Assembly: GCA_951406725.2 (NCBI GenBank)
Contig: OX597820.1
Coordinates: 31,744,001-31,808,000 of the forward strand
Reading direction: 5' to 3'
From: Octopus vulgaris
Taxonomy: Eukaryota
Length of the DNA: 64,000 nucleotides
Of the stretch, positions 28,253-45,940 are shown piece by piece. Position 1 is the stretch's first letter. Each line of letters opens with the position of its first letter. Position numbers and translations under genes: made by a program. Under the pieces are notes generated by a model that saw only the letters and a list, made by a program, of their open reading frames with translations, was not told where the DNA came from and made no database searches.

Positions 28253-29331
28253 CCAGAGAATGTCGACAGTACACAAAGCCTTGCACCATAAGAGTGACAC
28301 CAATAAGTTATACTTGTCCAGAAGAAAGGGTGGGAGAGTTTTGATCAGTTGCCAGGACTGTATCGAAGCAGAGGAAACCAGCTTAGGGTGGTATATAAAA
28401 AATGCTGTGGAGCCATTGTTGAAACATACGAAGAAGGCCGGCGTCATCAAAACTGAAAATTGTTTAATGAAAGAATAATTTAAACAATAAATGAATACAA
28501 AAGGAAAAGCATGGAAGGAAAAACATGTACGGTCAGTTTACAAGAGATGTTAACGCCAAGACAGATACAGAGGACCGGTGGTTATGGATGAGAAGGAGTG
28601 ACCTAATGACAGAGACAGAAGCACTCATATGCGCAGCACAAGAACAAGCGTTAAGGATCAACTTTGTGAAGCGTAGAATAGACAACACTACCGACAGCGA
28701 CAAATGCAGAATGTGTGGTGAGAGGGGTGAAACGGTATGGTACATCGTTAGTGAGTGCCCGAAATTTGCACAACGCGAATATATATGATGCCATGACAAT
28801 GCGGCAAGACTGATCCGTTGGGAGATCTGTGGAAATCACGGCATACAAAGAGCAAAGATGAGGCATGAACAAACCCCACAAGGAGTCACCGGGAATGAGA
28901 ATTGCAAAATCCAGTGCGATCGCCTGACTAGACATCGGAAACCGGACATTGTTGTGGTGAATGAAAAAGAAAGAACATGCATGATAATCGACATATCGTG
29001 TCCTGGTAACAACAGGATCAATGTAAAAGAAGAAAAGATAAACAACTATGTCGATTTGATGTGGGAAATACGAAGGTTGTGGTCAATGAGGCAAGTAGAC
29101 GTGATGCCAATAATAACTGGTGCACTTGGAAGTAGCAGCACTCAACTACCAGCATGGCTAAAAAAGATTGGTGCAAGTGTGAAGATAGAACACCTACAAA
29201 AATCAGCATTGCTTAGAAGTGCCAGAATTCTTCACAGAGTTCTTGAAGTATGACCAATAAACAAGTGTCACCTTAGTTTGCTGGCTGTGGACAGCTGACA
29301 CTTTCCATCATATCCAGCAGAATAAGCTGTG
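28253..29331 (+). mobile_element. R4/Dong LINE family B, 5'-truncated and decayed
   Basis: LHHKSDTNKLYLSRRKGGR; ETEALICAAQEQAL; CRMCGERGETVWYIVSEC; KPDIVV..IIDISCP; LQKSALLRSARILHRVLEV*. Confidence 0.9.
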
Positions 29332-29571
29332 GTTTCAAATTTTGCCACAAGGGCAGCCATTTAGTGGGGTGGGGTGGGGTTGACAAGTCGATTACATCGA
29401 CCCCAGTGTTTCATTGGTACTTTCTACTATAGCAAAATCGACCTAGACGAAATTTGAACGCAGAGCGTCAGGACGGGCGAAATACCGCAAAGCAATTTGT
29501 CCGGTATATTAGCGGTTCTGCTAGCTCACCGCCTTCGCAATAATAATAACAGCAATGACAACAACAACAAC

Positions 29572-30060
29572 GGTGGAGGCGCAATGGCCTAGTGGTTAGG
29601 GCAGCGGACTCGCGGTCGTAAGAACGCGTTTTCGATTCCCAGACCGGGCATTGCGAGTGTTTATTGAACAAAAACACCTAAGCTCCACGAGGCTCCGGCG
29701 GGGAGGGTGGTGAACCTCGCTGTACTCTTTCGCCACAACTTTCTCTCACTCTTTCTTCCTACTTCAGCCACAAAGCAGAGGAACCATGGTGTAGCACACT
29801 ATGGTGTGGTAAACTTTCAGACCCTAGTCTAGATTGCGAATCCTCTGTACCCCAGGATGGTTCAGCTCGCCACCCGTTAAAAGCCACCGTTTACGGAACG
29901 AGGATAACAACGTAGTTTTCGCGCCCGTGCAACCGCCAGTCTATCGCGTGTGGTGGGTGGATCTTCAAGTTGCCACACGCATTCTTAGTAGCTTAGAGTA
30001 GGCTCGAATTAGAGATTATTCTTTGTGGCTAATGACGTGAGTTCTGAATGGAAGAAGAAG
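29572..30060 (+). mobile_element. SINE family S3, tail type 2 (second copy)
   Basis: Colinear with 14411-14890. Short (GAA)n tail and (CAA)n flanks. Confidence 0.85.
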
Positions 30061-30339
30061 ACAACAACGACAACAACAGCAACAACAACAACAACAACAA
30101 CAACAATAATAATGAAAATAAAAGGCAAACTTTCTACAGAATGTTTGCCTCTTAGGGACAGGAAAAATTATCAAGAGGGTTTTAAGCACTTGAAAAACAA
30201 AAGCTTGTGGATACCTAACATTACAGCTTTCCCGCTACCCACATAAATTCTACCAGGAATAATAACGAACCTGAACTAAATCAATAATAATAATAACAAT
30301 TCTTTCTAATTTAGGCACAAGGCGAACAATTTTGAGGTT

Positions 30340-30656
30340 CTAACGATTCTAACAGACGATTTTATCGAATTCCCCTATGAAAACAGATGATGCTTGTAAA
30401 TCAAGGAAACCTGACATAATATCAAAGACAAAAAAAACCCCACAAAAAATGGTTTTGAGGAGTGTAAGCTCAGTGACTTTGTTATCCCATATAATAATGG
30501 AAAGGAAATTAAAAAGAAAAAAACACAGAGGAAGATATATCAGGACCTAACTAGAGCGAAGTAAAGGTTGTGGATGACAAAATCGACGATTGTTCCAGGG
30601 TAATTGTTTCATTTGGCACCAGACGCCGACTATTACCAAAGAGATTGAAAGATATT
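30340..30656 (+). mobile_element. Heavily decayed R4-type RLE endonuclease remnant
   Basis: RKPDI...DFVIP...YQDL...RLW..TIVP...LPKRLKDI read across frames. Confidence 0.6.
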
Positions 30657-31054
30657 CTCTTCTACACTAGGCACAAGACCCGAAATTTAGATGGATCCCA
30701 GAACGTAACTGGTGCTTGATTCATCGACCCTGAAAGGATGAAAGGCAAGGTCGACTTCGGCGGAATTTGAACTCAGAACATAAAGACAGACAAAATACTG
30801 CTAAGCATTTCGCCCGGCGTGCTAACGTTTCTTATTTCTTTATTGCTCATAAGGGGCTAAACATAGAGGGAACAGACAAATAATTAAGTCGATTACATCG
30901 ACCCCAGTGCGTAATTGGTACTTAATTTATCGATCCCGAAAGGATGAATGGCAAAGTCGACTTCGGTGGAATTTGAACTCAGAACGTAACGGTAAACGAA
31001 ATATCGCTAGGCATTTCGCCCGGCGTACTAACGTTTCTGCCAGCTCGCCGTCTT
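30657..31054 (-). mobile_element. Dimeric SINE S2 with perfect 18-bp TSD
   Basis: aagagattgaaagatatt at 30639-30656 and 31055-31072. Confidence 0.9.
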
Positions 31055-31516
31055 AAGAGATTGAAAGATATTGGAATTATCAAATTTAGTGTCTTCTCCT
31101 GTAGCCTCGGCCCGATCAAAGCCTTGTGAGTTGATTTCGGAAACGGAAACTGAAAGAAGCCCATCATATATATTTACATATGTATATGTGTGTGTGAGAG
31201 TCTGTGTGCGTGTGTGTGTGTTTTTATCCGTGTTTGTCCCTCCCCCCTCTCACCCCTTGACAACCGGTGTTGGTGTGTTTACGTCCATGTAGCTTAGCGG
31301 TTCGACAAAATACGCCGATAGAATAAGTAGCAGGCTTAAGAAAACAGAAAAGAAAAATGTACTGGGGTAGATTTATTCCCTTAAAAATTCTTCAAGCCGG
31401 TGCCCCAGCATAGCCGCAGTCTAATGACCGAAACAAGTAAAAGATAGAAGATATATATATACATATATATCTTCCATGGTTATAAGTAAGTAATTCACTT
31501 ATTTCTTTGCCGCATT

Positions 31517-31570
31517 TATCACTGATGAAGGGAAGGTTCTTATGAACTAACTCTGAAATCGGGTCCGATA
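31517..31570 (+). ncRNA. Type I hammerhead ribozyme motif, slightly decayed
   Basis: tatca CTGATGA aggg-aa-ggttc ttat gaact-aa-ctct GAAA tcgg GTC cgata. It lies in a mini-element beginning after a (TA)n run at 31451-31470. Confidence 0.65.
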
Positions 31571-31716
31571 TGGTAATAACGGGATTTTTTTTAGAAATTT
31601 CTGTCGGCTTTCTTCGAATCGCATGCTTGTAGTGATAAATTACATGGTTATTGACGTTGTGTCTATTTTCGGCATATTTTGGCATTAGAAATTTTTTCTT
31701 TTGCCCTTATTTATAA

Positions 31717-31774
<58 letters not shown>

Positions 31775-33401
31775 TATGTATACGTATATCTATATATATT
31801 CTTTCATTCTTGTATTTGTTTCACTTATTTGTCTTCGGCCATGCTGGAGCACCGCCTTGAAAGGTTTTAGTCAAACAAACCGATCCCAGGACTCATTTTT
31901 TCAAGCCTAGTATTCTATCGGTAACTTTTGCCGAACCACTAGCTTACGGGGTTGAAGAGACTTTGGTATTTCAGTCTGTGTAAGAGATTTATTACCTCAT
32001 TTTTGTGTGTTTTTTTTGTAAAAAGACAAGAAAATTTGTAATGGAACAATTATAAAAACTAAAATAAGAGGTTTAATACCTCATTTTGTTTTTTTTATGT
32101 ATTAAAAAAAAAAGAATAATGTATTATAGAAGCAAAAAATCGGCAGGTGTTTTTTGTCTTCTCCCATCAATATCATCCTTTTTCATCATTCATCTCATTA
32201 ATGTTTTTGTCCAGCCCGCAAGCTACTCTGTGTCATGCCTTCATGGCAACATTTTGAAATACACCAGCTTACGGGAACGTAAACACACCAACACCGATTG
32301 TCAAGCGGTGACAGGGGACAAACACAAAGACACAAAGACACACACACGTAAACATACACATACAGATACATAGATACATACATACATGCATACACACACA
32401 CACACACACACACACACAAATATATATGTACGACCGGCTTCTTTCAGTTTCCGTCAACCGTGACACGAACAAGGTTTTGGTCGGCCCGAAGGCATAGTAG
32501 AAGATATTTTCTGAAGATGCCACGCTATTGGACTAAACCCGGAAGCATATGGTCGGGAAATAAGCTTCTTACCACACAACTATGCCTTCGTAGATGCATA
32601 TATAATTTTGTTGATATTGACTTTGAAGTTTCGCTTGTGGGTGACTTATTTAAACATTTTATCTTTCTGTCTATCTATTTAGCTACCTATAAATAACTAA
32701 TCGTAAATTTAATGCGCCCTTCAAGCATAATTTTATGTATTTACTGTGAGTGACAGACAGACAGGATCTTTCAATAACAGAAGAATTCATGTGACAAAAT
32801 TCCAGAGTGCTTCCTTAGGTCACACAATTGAACTGACAAGCTTGAAATTCCTTAGTGTTTGTGTCCCTATTCGGGACACACCCAACATTTGCTACGATCG
32901 AAACCTTGTTATGTGTGAATTGACGCATCACGTACTAGGATGTGCCGCCTACTTTCACAATATATTTCTGAATGGAGATGAATGCGTGGAGGTGTAAGCG
33001 GCTGTTGTTGTTGTTGTTGTTGTTACTGAGTTTGTTTAGCCCCAGGACAACTCTGATCGCATTATTCAATGATCAAAGTGTTTTCATTATATGACCATCC
33101 CGTCAGTTGAGGGGGTGGAGTTCATGTGTAATATGATATTTCGTAGTGTAGACTTAAAAATGTAACATTCTATTGGTTATTTTCTCTATTTATTTATTTT
33201 TTACCGGAATGCTTCGTGCTTGAGTTTATATCTCACCCTTTGACAACGGGTATTGGTTTGTTTACATTCCTCTAACTTAGAAGCTGCACACACACACACA
33301 CACACACACACATTCATGAATTTATGTATATGTATATATTATATATCTATATGTGTGTATGCGTGTGTATGCATGCATGTAACTATCTATCTATTTATCT
33401 A

Positions 33402-33433
<32 letters not shown>

Positions 33434-33792
33434 ATCTATAATATATTACTTGACTCTTCAGATTATCTGCCTTTCTCATATGCAGCTGGTCTCAATCGGT
33501 AATTTGGTAATTATGACTGATCCTCCAGTGGTGAAGATAGTTTAAATAAACCGTAAACTAAGAATTTATGTCCTATGGTATTTGATATCCCTGTATCTGT
33601 CCATGATTTCAAGAGCATAAAACAAAAATGGCTGTACTCTGATAGAAGAAACAATTCCTTCCAACCGAAAGATCACTCCGAAGGCGGTGGGGCAACTGTC
33701 ACAGTAAAAGCTTCGTTAATTCCAAAGTAGCTAAGCGTGGATTAGGATAAGAAAATTAGTGCTATTTGGAGCATTAGGCAATGTTACATCTA

Positions 33793-33995
33793 CTCTTTTA
33801 CTCGTTTCAGTCATTTGATCGTGGCCATGCTGGAGCACCGCCTTTAGTCGAGCAAATCGACCCCAGGACTTATTCTTTGTAAGCCTAGTACTTATTTTAT
33901 CGGTCTCTTTTGCCGAACCGCTAAGTTACGGGGACGTAAACGCACCAGCATCGGTTGTGAAGCGCGATGTTGGGAGGACAAACACAGACACACAA

Positions 33996-34086
<91 letters not shown>

Positions 34087-34250
34087 TGCGACGGGCTTCT
34101 TTCAGTTTCCGTCTGCCAAATCCACTCACAAGTCTTTGGTCGGTCCGAGGCTATAGTAGAAGACACTTGCTCAATGTGCCACGCAGTGGGACTGAACCCG
34201 GAACCATGTGGTTCGTAAGCAAGCTACTTACCACATAGCCACTCCTACGC
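33793..34250 (-). mobile_element. SINE family S1, full length
   Basis: Head, CORE-like segment, internal (CA)/(TA) tract and tail are all present. Further copies at about 31090-31446, 41017-41457, 45945-46290, 52790-53150, 53915-54290, 60860-61088 and 63783-64000. Confidence 0.9.
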
Positions 34251-34710
34251 CTATCCAAGTATTTTTCCTTGTTCGTGTGAGCGCAGAAATGAGCATTGTG
34301 TGCAAATATTGTCTCCCTTAGCAAAGTATGAGTGCATCCATGCATGTAAGCTTCGCTTTAATTTCTTGTATTAAAAAAAAAGTTTGATTTTTATCTTAAA
34401 AACCCTTGTGTGCACACGAACAAACACTGAGTTTAGAGGGAAGGCTGATGTTGGTTTCAAATTTTGGCACAAGGCCAGGAAGGTTGGCGAAGGAAGTTAA
34501 GTCGATAACATCGAACTTAGTGCTCAACCGGTGCTTATTTTATCGACCCCGAAACGATTAAAGGAAAAGTTGACCTCCATCGGAATTTGAACTCAGAACG
34601 TGGCGACATGCAAAATACTGCTAAGCATTTCGCACGGCGTGATAACAATTCTGGCAGCTAAATGTCTCAACAACAACAACAACAACAACGACGACGACGA
34701 TGATGATGAT

Positions 34711-35962
34711 TTTCAATGTACTGAACTGAAATATAAGCGAAATAAGGAAGATTGAGAGGAAAATCCGTAAGCTGCTGATTTGTAATAAGGTACACTACCC
34801 AAAGGCAGACGCAGATCATCTTTACCTACGTAAATCTCAAGGAGGTCGAGGCTTGATCTAATTTGAAATCTCCTACAAAACCGCCACAATTAGACTGGCA
34901 AAATATACTGAAACATCTAACGACTGGATGCTAAAGGTCGTTGAAAACTATGAAAGACGTAATAAGCTCCATTCTGTTATGAAGGAGAGCAAAACCTTTT
35001 CAAGTGAGTTTACGCATAATACCCAGGTTGAACAGCATGAGGGAAGTGCAGCAAGTGTAGTTTTAAAGAAGATGAAATCAATAGCAAAGCAAAATGCGCT
35101 TCAACAATTGGCTGATAGGTGAGAACAAAAACCTCTGCATGGAAAATATGCGGCCCGTAGCAAACAAGCTGATGTAGACCAGAAGTATACCCATCAGTGG
35201 CTACAGAGCAAGGCTGAGAGTGAAGGCTTTATCTTGGCTGCCCAAGGTCAGAGCTTATTGACCCGAAAGTATCTAGCTAATGTGATAAAAAATGGTGTAG
35301 ACCCAAAGTGCCGATACTGCAACGATGGGATAGAAGCAGTCGACCACCTAAACTCTGGACGCAAGGTTTTAGCACCTGTAGAGGACAAATCAAGACATGA
35401 CAGAGTTGGCCAATGTGTCGGCATTATAAAATCAACACTGATGACAAATGGTACACGCACCACCATAAGTCTGTTTATAGTCTTACATGAGCATACTCTG
35501 TGACCATAATATCTCGGCAAAAGAATTTGATAAGCTCAGAAAATATAAAGATGCGCTAATCAAAATCGAAAAGAGGTGGCATCTCAAGACGGTTACAACA
35601 CCAGTGATTGTCGGAGCACTTGGAATGATCAAAAAAGGAACTGAAAATTATTTAAGAATGAACCCTGGCTTACCATCCATACAGGAAGTACAAAAGATTG
35701 TCTTAACTGGTATATCACACGTATTGAGAAGAGCATTGTCGCTGTGAATTTTCTTTCCTTTTTCTCCCATTATTTTATTTGTTTACTTCTCTATTTTGTA
35801 TTTCTTCGTTTTTCTCTCTGTCTTCCCTTTTTCTCTATCACATGACTCAATGAACAATCTGGTGTGCTTGTTTTCACGGCTTACCAATGCATACAGTACG
35901 TTTCTCTGCCCTAGATGTCAGGAAGACACTCGGCAAGAAATGGAAACAGAATCGAAAGATGC
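34711..35962 (+). mobile_element. R4/Dong LINE family C, 5'-truncated and decayed
   Basis: RKIRKLL..HYPKAD..LYL..GGRGL; EGFILAAQGQSL; CRYC...VDHL; RHDRVG; VQKIVLTGISHVLRRALSL*. Followed by (GAT)n(TAA)n. Confidence 0.9.
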
Positions 35963-35970
35963 TAATGAAA

Positions 35971-36041
<71 letters not shown>

Positions 36042-36048
36042 AATAATG

Positions 36049-36153
<105 letters not shown>

Positions 36154-36346
36154 GTTTCAAGTTTTGCCACATGGACAGCAATTTGAGGGGGGGGGAGATG
36201 ACTCGACAACATCGGTCCCAGTGTTCAACTGGTACTTATTTTAGCCACTCCGAAAGGATGAAAGGCAAAGTCGACCTCGGCGGAATTAGAACTCAGAACG
36301 TAGCGACGAGTGAAATACCGCTAAGCATTTCATCCAGCGTGCTAAC

Positions 36347-39665
<3,319 letters not shown>

Positions 39666-39666
39666 A

Positions 39667-39714
<48 letters not shown>

Positions 39715-39740
39715 CAGCAGCAGCAGCAGCAGTAATAATG

Positions 39741-39785
<45 letters not shown>

Positions 39786-40211
39786 GTCGTTTCAAATTCT
39801 TTAGGAGATGATCCTGTGCCAAAATTTTAAACTATTGTTATCATTAGTTCCATATTCGTCGCTACGCTGCCGGATAAACATATTTCAAATCATGCATGTT
39901 CCTTCATAATTTGTGCAAATAATGTTTAGATTACTTTGTTGTTGAACATTAAGTAACAGTTTGAATACTGTTGAACAATAACATTTATTTAGAATACTTT
40001 TCTTCGTATATTCTACAGAATAAATATATCCATTGAAGAATATCTCATACTATAGCTTCATGATAAACAACAACCCACTCAAAGTTCTTTTTCCAAGAAA
40101 GAAAGGAAGTAAGAAAGAAAGATAGTAAGAAAGAAAGAATATCCTTACATACTCTGGTTGGCCGTGGGTAACAATAATACGGCCATTATTACTGAAACTA
40201 TGTATACTGTA

Positions 40212-40596
40212 GTGGAGGCGCAATGGCCCAGTGGTTAGGGCAGCGGATTTGTGGTCTTAGGATCGCGGTTTCGATTCCCAGACTGGGCGTTGTGAGTGTT
40301 TATTGAGCGAAAGCACCTAAAGCTCCACGAGGCTTCGGCATGGGATGGTGGTGAACCCTGCTGTACTCTTTCACCACAACTTTCTCTCATTCTTTCTTCC
40401 TGTTTCTGTTGTAGCTGTATTTCAAATGGGCCAGCCTTGTCACACTCTGTGTCACGCTGAATCTCCCTGAGAACTACGTTAAGGGTACACGTGTCTGTGA
40501 AGTGCTCAGCCACTTGCACGTTAATTTCACGAGCAGGCTGTTCCGTTGATCGGATCAACTGGGATCCTCGTCGTCGTAACCGATGGAGTGCCAGTC
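40212..40596 (+). mobile_element. SINE family S3, tail type 3
   Basis: Same head as 14411 but a different body. TSD atgtatactgta / atgtataatgta. Confidence 0.88.
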
Positions 40597-42083
40597 ATGT
40601 ATAATGTACCTCGCACGGTACGGCCAATAGGATTATCCCCCCTTTTCCTCCCCTATTCCTCCCTCTACCTCCGAATGTTTTTCCTTAAATAAGATGTTAC
40701 GGACAGGCAGACGGGAATCAGCTCCCACCTTTTACAATTTAGTGGTCTTAGGATCGCGGTTTCGATTCCCAGACTGGGCGTTGTGAGTGTTTATTGAGCG
40801 AAAGCACCTAAAGCTTTACGCTCTTATTCCAAATCCCGCGGGGGTTAGTTTCGCCTTTCATCCCTTTCTCGGGATCGGGCTCATTATGTACCGATTCAAT
40901 ATCCTGCTGGGGGCCAATTTTTGCGTTTCATCCCTCTTTCGGGATCGATAATGTACCGGACCGATATTGGAAACAATTATATCGGCTGCCACTCTTTTTA
41001 CAACGGTAAACCGGGTCTTTTACTTGTTTCAGTCATTGGACTGCAGCCATGCTGGGGCATCACCTCGATGAATTTTAGTCAAATGAATCAACTCCAGTAC
41101 TTCTTATTTTTATGTAAAGGCTGGTACTTATTCTATCGGCTACCTTTTGCCGAATTGTTAAGTTACGGGGACGTAAACACAACAACACCAGTTGTCAAGC
41201 GGTGGTGGGGGACAAACACAGACACAAAGACACACACTCACACACACACACATACTCACATACACATAGGTACATATGTACACACACACACACATACGAC
41301 ACGCTTCTTTCAGTTTTCGTACACCCAATCCACTCAAAGGGTTTGGCTGGCCCGGGGCTATAGTAGAGGACACTTGACCAAAGTGCCACGCTGTGGGACT
41401 GAACCAGAAGCCATATGGTCGGGACGCGAACTTCTTTCTACAGAGCCACATCAGCGCCTATTATGTGCTAACACATAGAAATATACCCAGAGGGGTCATT
41501 GATATTATTGATGTTGTCGTGGTTGTGATTTAGCTCCAGGTCAGCCCTTACCGAGCAGACTTCACCATCGAGTTGAATATTTTTAGGTAGACTGATACAA
41601 TTTGAATGGAATTTTAGCTGTGGTATTTTATCCTGTAAGTTTAAGACGGAGCTGCTTGCCTTTGCTTATTGCCTTGTTGACATTGTAAATTTCCGCAAAG
41701 GTGATTGTTGCGCAGCAACGCTCAAAGTTAAGATGTTATGTAACGGGGGCGACGGTGCGTCGGCAGTGAGTGAAGCGAGGTCAACGAGTGCTTGTGTCGT
41801 CAGCGTTCTAGATAACACTCCTCTACGGCCGTCTACCACAAAGTAAACAGCAATGACAATTGTTGAACTAAATAAAAAATATAATAGAGGAGGTGGGCGT
41901 ATTCTTAAGCATGTTGTAGTTATGGTTGTTGTTTTTCAAAACTCCTTTCGTACACATGTGCCAAGTGTGATTTCAGTATGACTTTACTTATTTGTGTGTG
42001 TACACACACACACACACACACATACTGATAGATAGACAGATAGATATAGATATAGACATGTATATACACATATACATATGTAC

Positions 42084-42170
<87 letters not shown>

Positions 42171-42194
42171 TGTGTGTATATATATATGTATATA

Positions 42195-42266
<72 letters not shown>

Positions 42267-42362
42267 CATTACCTGCAACGGAATCGGCGTCCCGTCCAGG
42301 TGGGGAGCCTATGTGCCAAAGAAACCGAGAAACCGGCCCTTATGAGCCAGGAACAAACAACA

Positions 42363-42441
<79 letters not shown>

Positions 42442-42764
42442 CCCAAATTGAAGGAACGGAGCAGGTAAATCCAGGTTATATATCTTTCCAAGCTAGCAGA
42501 TCCTCGGAAGTAATATTTACTCAATGAGGGGCACACCACTAGCTACTCATCAGGCCGAAGATACCTTAGTTACATGAAGGTTACATTGTCGTTAAGGATT
42601 CCCAAGTTTACTCACCCTATATATAGTCTAAAATAAAAGTTTACAACTTTCTACGTTCATAAACTTATTTTTGTTCCTGAAAGTTGTTTTTTTTTTCATA
42701 CCTACTACGGACTGCTCAAATCTTACTTCCTACACCTATACCCTTGGATCTTATAATTACTTAC

Positions 42765-42795
<31 letters not shown>

Positions 42796-42822
42796 CATAC
42801 ATACATACATACATACATACAT

Positions 42823-42855
<33 letters not shown>

Positions 42856-43023
42856 AAATACGAAAGATGGGACAAGAACGCAAAACATCCAGACAATTAG
42901 GTGAACCAAAAAAAGCAAAACAAAATATCCAGACAGACGATACAAGGAAAACAAGGACGGATCAATCGGAGTTTTCTATCCTCAGTCGAGTTCCAAATTA
43001 TCTTTGCAGTTTCGGCTGGTTAC

Positions 43024-43076
<53 letters not shown>

Positions 43077-43077
<1 letters not shown>

Positions 43078-44463
43078 TATTAAACGGCCCCAACCCGCCC
43101 ATTTGTATAGGTGAAGAGGGTTAACTTGGACGGTGTTAAGTTGTAGATGTTTGGTGATTGTATGGGGTTGTTACTTTTGGTTAGGGCATTAAAGATTCTT
43201 GAGACGTTAAAACTGTTGACTGTTTCTTCTAAATAAGGAAAATTGACTGATGGTGATTCTTAACACAGTGAACCTTTTCAAAATTGTCTTGAGGCCAATA
43301 AAATGAAATAAAGCTGTTCAGCCCACATCGGACATCATAATTAACCTTATACTTTTTGCACTCAAACACTTTCACATTAGGATAAGCACAATGTACTCTT
43401 CCATAGTACACACCTCATGTTGACACTTATAGGTCAGACTGAACTCTGTTTTATCTCCAAAGTGAATATTGCAAGTGATATTGAAGCAATAAACAGTTCT
43501 TTGGCTTTTGCATTTGACGACTGTTGCTTTGCGTATTTTATTTCGAATTTCACTGGCGTAGTAGTAAGAACTACGGGATCGAATAAATATATAAATGGAA
43601 GTTTTAATAACCCAATGGACAGGCAAACAGGAACTGCTACTCAATAAAGGTAAAAAAATACTTAAGGAAGTTTCTCTTCTCTCAAAAACTGACACAAAAG
43701 GAGTTGAAACTCGGGGGTGAAATAACACAATGTGCAATAAAATAACATATGGCATGTTCATCGCAAATCAATTTTATCTCTAAAATTGAACAATACCGCT
43801 TATTTTTTAGAGTTGGATGAGAAAAGTTAGGCAAGGTTTTAGATGTAACCCCACCAAATTTTTCACGTTTTGTAAGAAATCAATTAGTTTTTTCTACTTT
43901 CAGTTGAATTTTGTTGAGAATATCTTCAGAAAATTGGGTAATCACCAGTTATTGATTTGCTTATTTTCACATTTTTGTTCACTTAACGTAACTGCCTTTT
44001 CTTAGTAGTTTTTCGTGTCAGCTGGTTTATTGCACAAAAAAAACAGCCGTAAGAACACATTTGACCGCGAATGCACGCGGTTGATTACAGTTAATTTAAG
44101 TTAAGGTAATATCGATTTCTCAGCCGCTTACAAACGTGTGAAAACGCAGGAATGAATACAATTGTTCGTGGTTCAATATTTAAATCAAAATGAGACTAGC
44201 AAGCTTTATTTAAATATATCTGTAATTTAGATGTGAAAAGGTAGAAATGAATTATTTAGAATGTCGGTTAATGAAGAAACAGGACAAAAAGATTACAAAA
44301 ATAGCGATTCTCACTTTGAAACTGACAATTTTGAAAACCTTTTTAGATTACAGAACGTCACACTTTCTCATATATCCATGTTTAAAATTTCAGCGCGGTC
44401 GGATGGACAATACTCGAGTTATAAGCGCACAAATAAACAGACAGAACGGGATTTATATATTAG

Positions 44464-44464
<1 letters not shown>
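43077..44464 (-). mobile_element. Putative non-autonomous Helitron
   Basis: Minus strand starts A|TCTAATATATAAAtcccgttctgtctgttt and ends with a GC-rich hairpin gggcgg-gttgggg-ccgttt then aATAG|T (decayed CTAG). No TSD. Confidence 0.55.
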
Positions 44465-44496
<32 letters not shown>

Positions 44497-44631
44497 TGTA
44501 TGTATGTATGTATGTATGTATGTATGTATGTATGTATGAAAGTATGTATGTATGTATGTATGTGTGTATATATAAATGTGTATATATGTATATATATATA
44601 TATATACACATATACATATATATATACACAT

Positions 44632-44675
<44 letters not shown>

Positions 44676-44822
44676 TTACATATATATATAGATACACATA
44701 GATACACACACACACACGCATAGATTTACATTCTTACTCACACAAACACATACGCAGACTCACGCAGTCACGCGCTTATATATCACAATATAAGAACTGT
44801 AAAACAATAAACTAGTATATAC

Positions 44823-44865
<43 letters not shown>

Positions 44866-45372
44866 CATACATACATACATACATACATACATACATACAT
44901 ACATACATACATACATACACAATACTCACGCACACACATGAGTATTCATATATATATGAATGATGTAATCATATTCCGATATAGAACACAATACTAGAAT
45001 TCGAGTGAACACATACACACACATACATATAAAAAATTTGGAAGGACGGTCTATGGGATTACCTTAGGTTTCCTGCCCATAAAGGGTTTAGCTGCCGGGA
45101 ATCGAACTTGCGACGTTACGACCGTGAACAAAATACCCTTAACCACTAAGCCACGCGCTTTCACGGGGATTTCCCGTATCCGACAAAAATTAGGAGGGAC
45201 ATTTGTATCACATATAGATATTTTCGGCTCATCGTAAATCCGTGTGTGCCTGAGTGTGTGTTCCTGCGTGCGTGTTCCTGCGTGTGTGTTTGTGTGTGTG
45301 CGTGTGTGTGTATACATGTGTGAGTGCATAGATTTACATACATACATTTATATGTGTGTATATGTATGAATG

Positions 45373-45441
<69 letters not shown>

Positions 45442-45596
45442 GTACATACACACGCACTAATCTTTGTTACACCAGGATTTACTGTACTGTAACAACACAC
45501 ACACACAGGTATCGGAATTTAGATGTATTGTTTACTGAGCTCTTAATTGCCGCTGTTATATTGTTTGATGTTTATTTATCAGCTCTAAATATAGAT

Positions 45597-45940
45597 GTGA
45601 AGGCGCAATGGCTCACATGTTAGAGCATCGGGCTCACAATCGCGAGGGAGTAAGTTCAATTCCCGGACCCGGCTGTGTGTTGTGTTTTTGAGCAAAACAC
45701 TTTTATTTCACGTTGCTCCAGTTCACTCAGCTGTAGAAATGTGTTGCGATGCCACTGGCGACAAGCTGTATCGGCATTTGCCTTTCCCTTGGACACCATA
45801 AGTGTCGTGGAGACGTGGGTGGGGGATGGTGTGCATGGGCCCCTCTGGTCTTCCATAAACAATCTTGCCGGACTTGTACCTCGGAGGGGAACCTTCTAGG
45901 TGCAATGTCATGGTCATTCATGACCGAAGGGGGTGGCTTT
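45597..45940 (+). mobile_element. tRNA-derived SINE related to S3, tail type 4
   Basis: gaaggcgcaatggctcacatgttagagc...agttcaattccc head with a distinct body. Confidence 0.7.
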
